A stretch of 64,000 bases of DNA from a virus (taxonomy: Duplodnaviria > Caudoviricetes): the IMG/VR virus record IMGVR_UViG_3300025383_000009; one strand, 5' to 3'. The notes beneath the pieces are model-generated. The model saw nothing but the letters and a program-made list of their open reading frames with translations, made no database searches and was not told the origin of the DNA. Positions 26,643 to 36,402 of the stretch are shown in pieces. Within the stretch, counting starts at the first letter, position 1, and every line of letters begins with the position of its first letter. The translations under genes were made by a program, and so were the position numbers.

Positions 26643-27893
26643 ATGGCAGATAAAACCACACTATCGGAATCATCTCAAGCACTCTTTTGTGCTTTGGCAG
26701 ATTATGTCTTATTGACTAGCGGTAAAAAAGGTGTATCTGATTTATTTAATATTGATTTATATAAGTCATATGAGGTGTTTGCTAAATATTGGGACAGTTT
26801 ATACAAAACTAAATCAATAGAATCTATTTTTCACTCGCATGTAGAATCACCTGCTATATCATATAAAGATATAGTTAAGTTTTTAAAAGAAAATCCTGAT
26901 TGGTTTATTTCTTCTGTTCTCATAGCAAAAAAACTTATAGAAGATATTGATAAAGTTATTACAAATTTTAAAGGTATAAAAAAACCTAAAGCAGCAGAAA
27001 TATGGTTTGTTCGTGGTGATAAACCAGTAATGAAAAATATTGAAGAGCTTTTTAAGAAAGCTAATGAAACACAAAAAGAATTTAATAAAACAAAAGGTGC
27101 TAAAAAAGGCGCTGTCTTTGCAAACCTTAACAAATGGTCACCTGCTGATATTTACTTTGCTTCAGATTTAGCAAGAGATAATATTGAAGAGGCTGTAAAA
27201 AATAATTCTGGTAAAGATAAAAAAGGATATAGTTTTGCTGATTTAAATGTATTGATTAGTGATTTGATTGATGGTGGGCAATTACTTCCATTATCACTAA
27301 AAAAACAAACTAAACAAGTTGTATTACAAAAAGTTAATTTTGATAGAAAACAAGAGTTAGATGAAATTAAAAAATTCTCATTTAATGGAACAAATAACTT
27401 TAAAAAGTATACACCAAAATCACCTCAACCTAGATATTTGAGTATCTATCTAGATAAAACTGATAAGAAAAAAACTATTATTATGAGGCATGATCCATCA
27501 TCAAATGCTTTCAAAGCTGAATTTGTGGTATCTGGTGGAGAAGCGAGAGGAGGCTCAGTAAGTTCATCCGATGTATTTTATTCACTATTTGCTTTAATAG
27601 ATGAGCAATTTGCTAGTAAATTTTATTCAACGCTTGAAAAAGTTAAAAAAGAATTTAACAAAAAAGTTAAAGATATGGGAGAAAATCCTGGCAAATCAAA
27701 CAAAAAGTTAAAAGAAGCATACGATAATATTAGAGAAGAATATAGTGCTTTAATTGTAACCAATGTTCTTATACCAGAGATAGTTAGTTTTTTAGATAAA
27801 GATAAAAATAGAAGTGACAAATTTGTTCGATTGATGTACCAATATGTCACATCTAGAACAGAAGAATCCAGTAAATTTGTAATAGCAAAATAA
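26643..27893 (+). CDS. Hypothetical, possible PD-(D/E)XK endonuclease
   Basis: KWSPADIY ... LLPLSLK resembles a D...(D/E/S)xK active site; Lys-rich. Confidence 0.45.
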   Translation: MADKTTLSESSQALFCALADYVLLTSGKKGVSDLFNIDLYKSYEVFAKYWDSLYKTKSIESIFHSHVESPAISYKDIVKFLKENPDWFISSVLIAKKLIEDIDKVITNFKGIKKPKAAEIWFVRGDKPVMKNIEELFKKANETQKEFNKTKGAKKGAVFANLNKWSPADIYFASDLARDNIEEAVKNNSGKDKKGYSFADLNVLISDLIDGGQLLPLSLKKQTKQVVLQKVNFDRKQELDEIKKFSFNGTNNFKKYTPKSPQPRYLSIYLDKTDKKKTIIMRHDPSSNAFKAEFVVSGGEARGGSVSSSDVFYSLFALIDEQFASKFYSTLEKVKKEFNKKVKDMGENPGKSNKKLKEAYDNIREEYSALIVTNVLIPEIVSFLDKDKNRSDKFVRLMYQYVTSRTEESSKFVIAK

Positions 27894-27894
27894 T

Positions 27895-28347
27895 ATGACA
27901 CTAGACGATATACAACATTCAGTTTACCATGGCCAAAAAGGCGTAGAACAGGCATTTAAAATTGTCGAGGCTTATATCGAAAAGAAAAAAGAAGATTTGC
28001 CTGATGTTAGTCGAGCATTAAGAATTGCTAAAAAGAAATTAGAAGACATTCCGCCTGGCGTTATCAATCAAATTTCTGTTACAGAAAGATATAGAGATTA
28101 CTTTAAAAAGATTTTACCTGAAGGTAAGATAAATGACACTAAGGCTGAAGGCGTAAAGTTGTTAGATAGAATTAGAGAAGATTTAAATCATAGAATACTT
28201 GATGCTAAAGAACCATCAACAAAAAGAAATCGTGAATATGAAAAGAATGAGATTACTAAATTCTTCCGTAATAACTTTAGTTCCATCGTGGATTTATTAG
28301 ACCTATATAATTTACTACATGATATTAAAATAGAGATAAACAAATAA
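27895..28347 (+). CDS. Helical paralog of 36403..37584 lacking the catalytic core
   Basis: HGQKGVEQAF vs HGGKGFTHAF and matching C-terminal helices. Confidence 0.55.
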   Translation: MTLDDIQHSVYHGQKGVEQAFKIVEAYIEKKKEDLPDVSRALRIAKKKLEDIPPGVINQISVTERYRDYFKKILPEGKINDTKAEGVKLLDRIREDLNHRILDAKEPSTKRNREYEKNEITKFFRNNFSSIVDLLDLYNLLHDIKIEINK

Positions 28348-28625
28348 TGGCATTAATTGATTTTGATAAGTTAGCAAAACAATATGAATCTGATAATGAT
28401 TATGGATTTTCAGCAGTATCAGAAGAAGAATATAATTCTGTCATAAAGAATACAGCACAAACAGCAGATGATTATAAAGCAAGATTGAATGAAGTTGAAA
28501 AAATTATTATTCCTTTCCTTACAAAACTCCATTCTACAGGCGATAAAGAATACATATATTGGCCTAACAGAACACCTATCATAGAGAAACAAATAGAACG
28601 AATTTTAAAACTAACTAGAGATTAA
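28347..28625 (+). CDS. Conserved hypothetical
   Basis: DYGFSAVSEEEY, YIYWPNR. Confidence 0.65.
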   Translation: MALIDFDKLAKQYESDNDYGFSAVSEEEYNSVIKNTAQTADDYKARLNEVEKIIIPFLTKLHSTGDKEYIYWPNRTPIIEKQIERILKLTRD

Positions 28626-28627
28626 TT

Positions 28628-29344
28628 ATGAGTGCTACCGTGATTATACCTATAACAGGTAATCCTGTTTGTAGGAATGCTATTGAATCTGCTTTAAATC
28701 AAACTTACCCAACAACAGTTTATGTTGTAATTGATGGTCAAGAATTTAAAGGTCCATCTAGTGTTATTGTAAGTGATTATCTTGGTAACAAAAATCTAAA
28801 AGTTTGTTATTTACCAATCAATGTTGGTGCCAATGGTTTCTATGGCCATCGAGTCTATGCTGCATTCAGTCATCTAATAGATACAGAATATGTATTATAT
28901 CTTGACCAAGATGTATCATTAAAACCTAATCACGTTAAATCTTGTATCGATACTATTAAAGAAAAAGACCTAGACTGGTCATACTCATTACGAGAAATCT
29001 ATGACAAAGATGGAAATTATTCATGTCGAGATGATTGTGAATCACTAGGTAAATGGCCTGTTTTTAGTGGAGATTATAATCACATAGATACTAATTGTTA
29101 TTGTATCAAAACAAGTGTAGCAACAAAAATAGCATCAGCATGGCATGGCGGTTGGGGTCAAGATAGAATATTCTTTCAAGCTATGGCACAACACTTTCCT
29201 AAATTTGATTGCACAGGTGAGTATACAGTAAAATATCAAGTTGATGGTAATGCAGGTTCAGTAAAGAAAGAATTCTTTGAATACGGTAATAATATTATGA
29301 CAAACAAATATAATGGAGATTTCCCATGGCGCAAAAAGATTTAA
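28628..29344 (+). CDS. GT2-family glycosyltransferase
   Basis: VIIP, AIESALNQTY, VVIDG, YLDQD, IDTNCY, GQDR. Confidence 0.85.
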   Translation: MSATVIIPITGNPVCRNAIESALNQTYPTTVYVVIDGQEFKGPSSVIVSDYLGNKNLKVCYLPINVGANGFYGHRVYAAFSHLIDTEYVLYLDQDVSLKPNHVKSCIDTIKEKDLDWSYSLREIYDKDGNYSCRDDCESLGKWPVFSGDYNHIDTNCYCIKTSVATKIASAWHGGWGQDRIFFQAMAQHFPKFDCTGEYTVKYQVDGNAGSVKKEFFEYGNNIMTNKYNGDFPWRKKI

Positions 29345-30168
29345 TCATTGGTGCATTTACAAACTATAACTACAATCAATTAAAACCTTGGTGTGAATCA
29401 ATTGATAAGTGTGGTTTTACAGGCGATAAAATTTTAGTTGTTGGTAAAACTGATAATAATACAATAATAGAATTAGAAAAAAGAAACTTTATATTAATCC
29501 CTATGCCGGATTTAGATAATGTTCCTATTCATGTAGCAAGATTTTTAGCCATCTATGATTATCTACAAGCAACATGGACGAATTATAGATATGTCGTAAC
29601 AACAGATGTCAAAGATGTTTACTTTCAAACAAACCCAATTGATTTTATTGAAAGTGGAAACCATAAACTTGTTATTGCTTCAGAAGGATTAAAATATGAA
29701 GATGAATCTTGGGGTGATGAAAATCTCAAACAAGCATACGGTCCATATGTTTATGAATTATTCAAAGATAAAGAAATCTTTAATGTTGGAACATTTGGTG
29801 GTCAAGCAGAATATGTAAAAGATATGGTGTTTCATATTTTCACCAACGGAGTTAATAGACCTATTCCAATTGTCGACCAAGCAGTATTCAATGTGTTAAT
29901 CAATACACAACCATTTAAAGATATAGTTTTTAAGACAGTCGATTGGGCTTGTGAAGCCGGCACAGTTGCTGACCCTTCAAAGATTAACAGATTTAGACCA
30001 AATTTATTATGTGATGAACCAACAGTAAAAGATGGTATCGTGTATTACAAAGATAAACCATTTGCTATTGTTCATCAATATGATAGAGTTCCACAATGGA
30101 AAGAGTTTGTTCGTGTAACATATGGACAAGATGATGAATCACAGATGTTTGTTTACAGGACTGCATAA
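29326..30168 (+). CDS. GT-A fold glycosyltransferase-like
   Basis: VVTTDVKDVYFQ.NP, FNVG.FGG, DQAVFN, IVHQYDR. Confidence 0.75.
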   Translation: MAQKDLIIGAFTNYNYNQLKPWCESIDKCGFTGDKILVVGKTDNNTIIELEKRNFILIPMPDLDNVPIHVARFLAIYDYLQATWTNYRYVVTTDVKDVYFQTNPIDFIESGNHKLVIASEGLKYEDESWGDENLKQAYGPYVYELFKDKEIFNVGTFGGQAEYVKDMVFHIFTNGVNRPIPIVDQAVFNVLINTQPFKDIVFKTVDWACEAGTVADPSKINRFRPNLLCDEPTVKDGIVYYKDKPFAIVHQYDRVPQWKEFVRVTYGQDDESQMFVYRTA

Positions 30169-30983
30169 TGAGTAAAATTTCAATAGTAACGGCTTTCTTT
30201 GATATTGGTCGTGGTGAATGGACACCAGATAAAGGACTACCGCATTATTTGCATAGAACAACTGATACTTATCTAGAAAGATTTAGTAATCTATGCAAAT
30301 TGGAAAATGACATTACTGTTTTCACGTCAGATGATTTAAAACATAAGGTAATTGATATATGTAAAGACCGTTTAGACACAACAAAAATTATTCCAATTGA
30401 TGTGAATAGTCATTTTTCTAATATGAGAGATTTAATCATTAATGTTCAAAAAGATCCTGAATTCCAAAAGAAAGTTAATCCTCAACAAGTAAGAAATCCA
30501 GAATATTGGAATCCTGATTATGTTCTTGTGACTAATCTGAAAGCATACTTTGCAAATATGGCTGTCAAATATAATTATACACAAAATGATATGGTTGCAT
30601 GGATTGATTTTGGTTATTGCCGTAGTGAAAATAATATTCCTGCTAGTAAAATATGGGAATATGATTTTGATGAAACAAAAATTCACCTATTCAATTACAA
30701 ACCATATGATGATAAACCAATAGACCACGCTGTTCTTAATAATGATGTTTATATCTTGGGTGCAAAAGTGGTGGCTCATAAAGATATGTGGCAAAAAATG
30801 TCCGACCTAATGACACAATCTTTTGTTGATTTACAAGAAAAAGGTTTAGTTGATGATGACCAAGGTCTATGGCTACAGTCATATATAAATGAACCTAAGG
30901 TATTTGAATTGCATCAGATTCCTGACCATCAGCTTGGTCACGATCCATTTGTATTGTTTAATAAATTTAATAATAAAGTTTAA
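30168..30983 (+). CDS. WlaTC/HtrL-family glycosyltransferase
   Basis: IVTAFFDIGRG.W, WNPDYV, AWIDFGY, DDDQ. Confidence 0.8.
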   Translation: MSKISIVTAFFDIGRGEWTPDKGLPHYLHRTTDTYLERFSNLCKLENDITVFTSDDLKHKVIDICKDRLDTTKIIPIDVNSHFSNMRDLIINVQKDPEFQKKVNPQQVRNPEYWNPDYVLVTNLKAYFANMAVKYNYTQNDMVAWIDFGYCRSENNIPASKIWEYDFDETKIHLFNYKPYDDKPIDHAVLNNDVYILGAKVVAHKDMWQKMSDLMTQSFVDLQEKGLVDDDQGLWLQSYINEPKVFELHQIPDHQLGHDPFVLFNKFNNKV

Positions 30984-30984
30984 T

Positions 30985-31608
30985 ATGATTGATAATTATG
31001 AATTGATAGAACCTGGACATTGGTTTCAAAGTAAACCTACCGGTGAAATTATGAAGTATGATACTAACTATATGCAGTATTATACTAAAATGGACTTTAG
31101 TATGTCCAAATTACGTTTTGATTTACTTTCAAAATATGTTAAGTTTGATTCTATATGTGACTTTGGTTATGGTGATGGAGCATTTCTGAAGTATGCTCAC
31201 ATGAATGGTAAGAAATGTTTTGGACATGATATATCAAACTATCCTCTCCCAAATGATGTGGAGTTTGTGGCTAATGTCAAAGATGTTGAAGTTGATGTCA
31301 TTACATTCTTTGATTCTATTGAACATATTCCTTCTCCAAATATCCATGAGTTTCTCGGTTCAATTAACACAAAATATGTTATGATATCATTACCATGGAT
31401 GCACGAAAGAATGGGTGCTGAATGGTTTAGAACATGGAAACACCGTAAAGAAAATGAACACTTCCATCATTTTGATTCTCATGGATTAATTACATTGATA
31501 GACAAAGCAGGATTCATACCAATGTATATCTGTAATCATGAGGATGAAATTCGTAAACCGGTTTCATACCTTCCAAACATTTTAACTATTATTGCAAAAA
31601 AGAGATAA
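30985..31608 (+). CDS. Class I SAM-dependent methyltransferase
   Basis: ICDFGYGDGAFL, G.DIS, FFDSIEHI. Confidence 0.8.
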   Translation: MIDNYELIEPGHWFQSKPTGEIMKYDTNYMQYYTKMDFSMSKLRFDLLSKYVKFDSICDFGYGDGAFLKYAHMNGKKCFGHDISNYPLPNDVEFVANVKDVEVDVITFFDSIEHIPSPNIHEFLGSINTKYVMISLPWMHERMGAEWFRTWKHRKENEHFHHFDSHGLITLIDKAGFIPMYICNHEDEIRKPVSYLPNILTIIAKKR

Positions 31609-31610
31609 TC

Positions 31611-32354
31611 ATGCAAGTATATCTTAGCTCAACTGCCAACTTAGGTGATTTTTTAAATGGCTTTCCTGTTTTGTCTGGTCTTTATAAACAATATGGAAAA
31701 TTTGACCTCATTGTTAAAAGAGATTTGAATAAATTTAAAGGTATCAAAGAGTTTTTGAATTATCAAGATATCTTTTCTTCAGTTGAGTTTGATAGTGATG
31801 TTTTTGTGTATGGCAGTATCATTAACCTCAGTTCTTGGACTAGAGAAGAACAAAGTAATCCAAATCGACCAATTGAAACTTGTCGTTATGAAAACTGGTT
31901 GAGAGATAACTATCCTAATTTAGAATTTGAAGTTGATGATGATGTAGAAATTAAAGTACCTGAATTAGATATTGAAATTGAAGATGCTTATTACTGTGGT
32001 GACCGATGGGATGCACCAGGCACAGATGATAGAAGAGCAACTGCTGTTCTATCTCATTTAAAAGATTTTAAATTCTTATCGTATGAAAATTCATTATTGA
32101 CTAACGCATACATCATTAAAAATCTAAAGAAACCTTTCATTACTAATTTTACTGGTGTGGCCGTTCTTGCAGACTTATTAAATGTTTCCTCTTATGTTGT
32201 ATGGAAAGCAGAAGATTGGAATCCTGAATTCAGAAAAGGTGATAATTGTTATTGGGATAATGGTAAAGATATTAATCAAGTATTTAAAAAACATTTCTAT
32301 TTGGACCGTAAATCTAAACTAGTGCATAATAATGAATTAGAAAGTTTATTGTGA
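31611..32354 (+). CDS. GT9-like (GT-B) glycosyltransferase
   Basis: NLGDFLNG.PVLSGL, FITNFTG.AVLADL. Confidence 0.55.
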   Translation: MQVYLSSTANLGDFLNGFPVLSGLYKQYGKFDLIVKRDLNKFKGIKEFLNYQDIFSSVEFDSDVFVYGSIINLSSWTREEQSNPNRPIETCRYENWLRDNYPNLEFEVDDDVEIKVPELDIEIEDAYYCGDRWDAPGTDDRRATAVLSHLKDFKFLSYENSLLTNAYIIKNLKKPFITNFTGVAVLADLLNVSSYVVWKAEDWNPEFRKGDNCYWDNGKDINQVFKKHFYLDRKSKLVHNNELESLL

Positions 32355-33061
32355 TTATCAATATTATTGAAGGAGTGTTTGGTGGTCCACTTCGTAATGG
32401 TGATTTAATTGGTGTTGCAAATGTTATAGCACATTTAAGAAAACAAACACCAGAAATTAAGTTTCATATGAAACAAGGCTCAGTTAATTCTGCCGATTAT
32501 GTGCAGAAGTTTTACCAGTTTATGTTAAAGAATACAGATTATTTTTCTACTGAACCTGGTGATAAAGAATTAGCGTGGCGAAGAGTCAATCTTTGGGATT
32601 TCCGTGATATCATTGGTGACAATGTTATTATACCAAATAATGAACCTATGCAAAAGAAGATTGTAGTTTGTCCAATCTTTGATGCTCCATATAATGTATA
32701 TCGTAATTGGCCTCGCCACGTCTTTGAGGAAATTATTGCAAAGTATTCAACGAATGAATATAAGGATTATGAAAAGGTAATTTGTGTGCATGACCATTTT
32801 GCCAAAGCCTGTGAGTTTGAAGGCTGGAGATACTCTACCAATTTTGACCAAAATTTATACCACATTATGACTGCCGAAACATTCATTGGTGGTGACACAG
32901 GTACTAGCCATTTTGCTTGGTCGCTTGACAGAGCACCAGCAAATCTGTTATACTATAATTCTGGTCGGGGTTTAATGCATTGTTTACCATTCTATCTTTT
33001 AGAAGGCAAAGGTAAAATAGTTAAGTATTGGCTAGATTTAGAAGGAACAACATGGCAGTAA
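32351..33061 (+). CDS. GT9-like glycosyltransferase
   Basis: GDLIGV, YRNWP, FIGGDTGTSHFA. Confidence 0.65.
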   Translation: MIINIIEGVFGGPLRNGDLIGVANVIAHLRKQTPEIKFHMKQGSVNSADYVQKFYQFMLKNTDYFSTEPGDKELAWRRVNLWDFRDIIGDNVIIPNNEPMQKKIVVCPIFDAPYNVYRNWPRHVFEEIIAKYSTNEYKDYEKVICVHDHFAKACEFEGWRYSTNFDQNLYHIMTAETFIGGDTGTSHFAWSLDRAPANLLYYNSGRGLMHCLPFYLLEGKGKIVKYWLDLEGTTWQ

Positions 33062-34431
33062 AGTTAGTTATATTTGACCTTGATGGTGTTTTAATGGACA
33101 GTAGAGAGCTACATTATGAAGCTCTCAATCGTGCTATACATACAGTAACCGATTCATACAACTATATTATTACCCGTGAAGAACATTTATCAAAATATGA
33201 CGGACTAAACACTACAAAAAAATTACAGATGCTTACTCAAGAAAAAGGTTTGCATATTGATTGGTATGATGAAATTTGGAAAGAAAAACAAAAACAAACA
33301 TTTGATTTAATTCATACAGCACCAAAGAATCCTGATATTCTTAAAATAATGCATAATCTGAATTCTAAAGGATGGAAGATTGCAGTAGCGTCCAACAGTA
33401 TTCGTGAAACAGTAAAGACATCTTTATTATGTATGGATATTTTAAATTATGTTGATTATTATGTAAGCAACGAAGATGTGTTTAATCCAAAACCATTTCC
33501 TGAAATGTATTGGAAATGTATGACAATGATGAAAGCTCTACCTAAAGATACTATCATTGTGGAAGATTCACATATTGGCCGTGAAGGCGCATTTAACTCT
33601 GGTGCACATTTGTATCCAGTAAAAGATGCTTATGATTTGAATGTGGAAGATTTTTTAAGCTATATTGAAGAATTTGAAGATAGTGGTCGTATAAAATCCA
33701 TACCTTGGAGAAATAAGAAGATGAATGTATTGATTCCTATGGCAGGTGCCGGTAGTAGATTTGCTTCAGCAGGTTATACTTTCCCTAAACCATTGATTGA
33801 AGTCAAAGGTAAACCAATGATTCAAGTTGTAGTGGATAATCTAAATGTAGATGCACATTTTATTTTTATTTGCCAAAAAGAACATTACGAGAAATATAAT
33901 TTACAATCAGTTTTAAATTTGATTGCGCCCGGTTGTGATATTATACAAGTTGATGGTTTGACCGAAGGCGCTGCATGTACCACGTTACTAGCTAAAGAAT
34001 TAATTAATAGTGACGAACCTCTATTGATGGCAAACTCTGACCAGTTTGTTGAATGGAATTCAAATGAATGTTTATATGCCTTTACTGCTGATTCTATCGA
34101 TGGAGGCATTATTACTTTTGAAGCCACTCATCCTAAATGGTCTTATGCTAAGTTAGGTGAAGATGGTTTTGTATCTGAAGTTGCAGAGAAGAAACCTATT
34201 TCTAATATGGCAACAGTTGGTATCTATTATTGGAAAAAAGGTTCTGACTATGTTAAGTATGCAGAACAGATGATTGAAAAGAATATTCGCACTAATAATG
34301 AATTTTATGTTTGTCCTGTATTCAATGAAGCTATTGGTGATGGCAAAAAGATTCGTGTTAAAAATATTAAGAAAATGTGGGGTATTGGTACTCCAGAAGA
34401 TTTAAATTACTTTTTGGAGCATTACAAATGA
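33052..34431 (+). CDS. HAD phosphatase fused to sugar nucleotidyltransferase
   Basis: IFDLDGVL, VASNS, KPFPE, VEDS.IG; then LIPMAGAGSRF..AGY..PKPLI, ANSDQ, EVAEK, GIGTPEDL. Confidence 0.88.
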   Translation: MAVKLVIFDLDGVLMDSRELHYEALNRAIHTVTDSYNYIITREEHLSKYDGLNTTKKLQMLTQEKGLHIDWYDEIWKEKQKQTFDLIHTAPKNPDILKIMHNLNSKGWKIAVASNSIRETVKTSLLCMDILNYVDYYVSNEDVFNPKPFPEMYWKCMTMMKALPKDTIIVEDSHIGREGAFNSGAHLYPVKDAYDLNVEDFLSYIEEFEDSGRIKSIPWRNKKMNVLIPMAGAGSRFASAGYTFPKPLIEVKGKPMIQVVVDNLNVDAHFIFICQKEHYEKYNLQSVLNLIAPGCDIIQVDGLTEGAACTTLLAKELINSDEPLLMANSDQFVEWNSNECLYAFTADSIDGGIITFEATHPKWSYAKLGEDGFVSEVAEKKPISNMATVGIYYWKKGSDYVKYAEQMIEKNIRTNNEFYVCPVFNEAIGDGKKIRVKNIKKMWGIGTPEDLNYFLEHYK

Positions 34432-35141
34432 AAACAGCGGTAATGATTGTTGGAAATTATAGAACTTGGAACGAAACAAAGCCAAGTTTTCTAAAACAAT
34501 TTGGAGATATTGATACATTTATTTGTTCATACGATTTACGATATGGATATCATCCTAGAGGATGGGGTGTGACTGATACACAAGATGAACTTATTACCGA
34601 ACAGACATGGATTGAAGGATTATCTGACGTAAATGTTAAATTGGCAAACATTGAACAATTTTCTCAAGTAGACGAAATAATTAAGAATGAACTGCGAGAA
34701 ATTAAATTGAACATACCAGAAAATGCTTATCAGTCGTATGGTCAATATCGTAAGTTTAAAATTGCAACAGAAATGGTTCAACATTACGAGAACCAAAACA
34801 ATTTTAAGTATGATATTTTAGTCCGCACTCGATTTGATTTGGTGTATCAAGACGAACCTATTATATTAGATATTCAAGAAAATGAAATGGGTTATCATCA
34901 CGGTACTAGCCCAGCTGATGCTTTACCTGGTGACCAATTCTTTTTCACTTCAAGAGATAACATGATTAAGATGTCCGATTTTATGTTTAATGAGTTTTAT
35001 AATCCTATCTACGAAGATAGTCATCTATGTCCTCCACATGGCATATTACAAAACGCACTTAAACATAATAATATAACCAAATTGGTCCGTAATTCAATTA
35101 AACATCTATTAAGAAAGAATGGAACAGAACTAGTGCTATGA
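34428..35141 (+). CDS. Glycosyltransferase-like hypothetical
   Basis: YDILVRTRFDL, DQFF motifs seen in capsule-cluster proteins. Confidence 0.55.
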   Translation: MKTAVMIVGNYRTWNETKPSFLKQFGDIDTFICSYDLRYGYHPRGWGVTDTQDELITEQTWIEGLSDVNVKLANIEQFSQVDEIIKNELREIKLNIPENAYQSYGQYRKFKIATEMVQHYENQNNFKYDILVRTRFDLVYQDEPIILDIQENEMGYHHGTSPADALPGDQFFFTSRDNMIKMSDFMFNEFYNPIYEDSHLCPPHGILQNALKHNNITKLVRNSIKHLLRKNGTELVL

Positions 35142-35839
35142 CAAATCTATACAACGACAATTCCGATATCCAAAAAAATCAAAATATGTATGACAGTTAC
35201 AATAACTTTATGTTTAGTAATGATAGAGTTGTGTTTAATAAGTTATACAGTAAAATGTATTTCTATGAAATGACAAAACATCTACCTGGCGATATTGTTG
35301 AGTGTGGAGTTTTCAAAGGTTCAGGAATCTTGGCATGGTTAAAAATATTGGCCATGAACGAACCTAATAGTATCAAGAAAGTAATGGGTTATGATTTTTT
35401 TGATCCAAGTTTTGTTGATGATATGAAAACTGGTGTAGATAAAGATACAATGAAGCAAGTTTTTACAAGAGATAAAAATTTAATTGTAGATGATGTTTCG
35501 TATGAAGGAATTCAAAATAAAATTATTAATGCTGGTTTTGATTCATCAAAGTTTGAGTTGATTAAAGGTGATATCATTGAAACCTCACAAAATACAGTAG
35601 AAGAAAAACCAGGTTTAAGAATCAGTATATTGTATTTGGATATGGACCTAGATAAACCAACATATGCAGCACTCAAAACATTTTGGAATAATATTGTAAC
35701 TGGCGGAGTAATTGTATTTGATGAATATGCTTATCATAGTTGGAGTGAATCGAATGGTGCAGATGATTTTATTAAAGAAATGGGTCTAACATTACATACA
35801 ACCGGTATTAAAGCGCCAACCGCTTATATTATAAAATGA
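35138..35839 (+). CDS. TylF/MycF-family O-methyltransferase
   Basis: PGDIVECGVFKGS, GYDFF, LIKGD, LYLDMDL..PT, GGVIVFDEY. Confidence 0.85.
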   Translation: MTNLYNDNSDIQKNQNMYDSYNNFMFSNDRVVFNKLYSKMYFYEMTKHLPGDIVECGVFKGSGILAWLKILAMNEPNSIKKVMGYDFFDPSFVDDMKTGVDKDTMKQVFTRDKNLIVDDVSYEGIQNKIINAGFDSSKFELIKGDIIETSQNTVEEKPGLRISILYLDMDLDKPTYAALKTFWNNIVTGGVIVFDEYAYHSWSESNGADDFIKEMGLTLHTTGIKAPTAYIIK

Positions 35840-36306
35840 AATATATTGCACATCGTGGTCTTTTTGATGGTCCAGATAAAGATAAAGAAAATAGTCCTAC
35901 TCAAATCAATCAAGCTTTAATTAAAGGATTTGATGTTGAAGTTGATGTTTGGTTTGTAGATAATCAATGGTATCTTGGCCATGATAGTCCAACATACAAA
36001 GTTGAATATAGTTTTTTAGAAGATTCTAGATTTTGGATTCACGCAAAAAATTTAGATGCTCTATATGTATTGGGTGCCGATTCAAAATTAAATTTCTTTT
36101 GGCATCAAGAAGATAACTTCACTTTAACTTCTAAAGGTTATATTTGGACTTATCCAGATAAACCATTAACCAAGAATAGTATTTGTGTTTTACCTGAATG
36201 GAACAATGATATCTCTAAAGGATATAATCCTGATTGTTATGGAATTTGTTCGGATTTTGTATCTATTATTACCAAAACTCAATTTTCCGATATCTATATA
36301 TCATAG
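35836..36306 (+). CDS. Short glycerophosphodiester phosphodiesterase-like protein
   Basis: IAHRG, ENSP, FDVEVDVW, LGHD, WIHAKN, GICSD. Confidence 0.8.
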   Translation: MKYIAHRGLFDGPDKDKENSPTQINQALIKGFDVEVDVWFVDNQWYLGHDSPTYKVEYSFLEDSRFWIHAKNLDALYVLGADSKLNFFWHQEDNFTLTSKGYIWTYPDKPLTKNSICVLPEWNNDISKGYNPDCYGICSDFVSIITKTQFSDIYIS

Positions 36307-36347
36307 CCAACAATTCTAGCGTTCCAAAAGCAAAAGCATCAAAGTTG

Positions 36348-36355
36348 TATAAATA
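36348..36355 (+). promoter_or_regulatory. Late promoter TATAAATA
   Basis: Exact consensus 47 nt before ATG at 36403. Confidence 0.7.
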
Positions 36356-36402
36356 GGTAATCGTTACAGGCAACCATAGTGTGTTGCAGTCAGAAAGATT
36401 TA

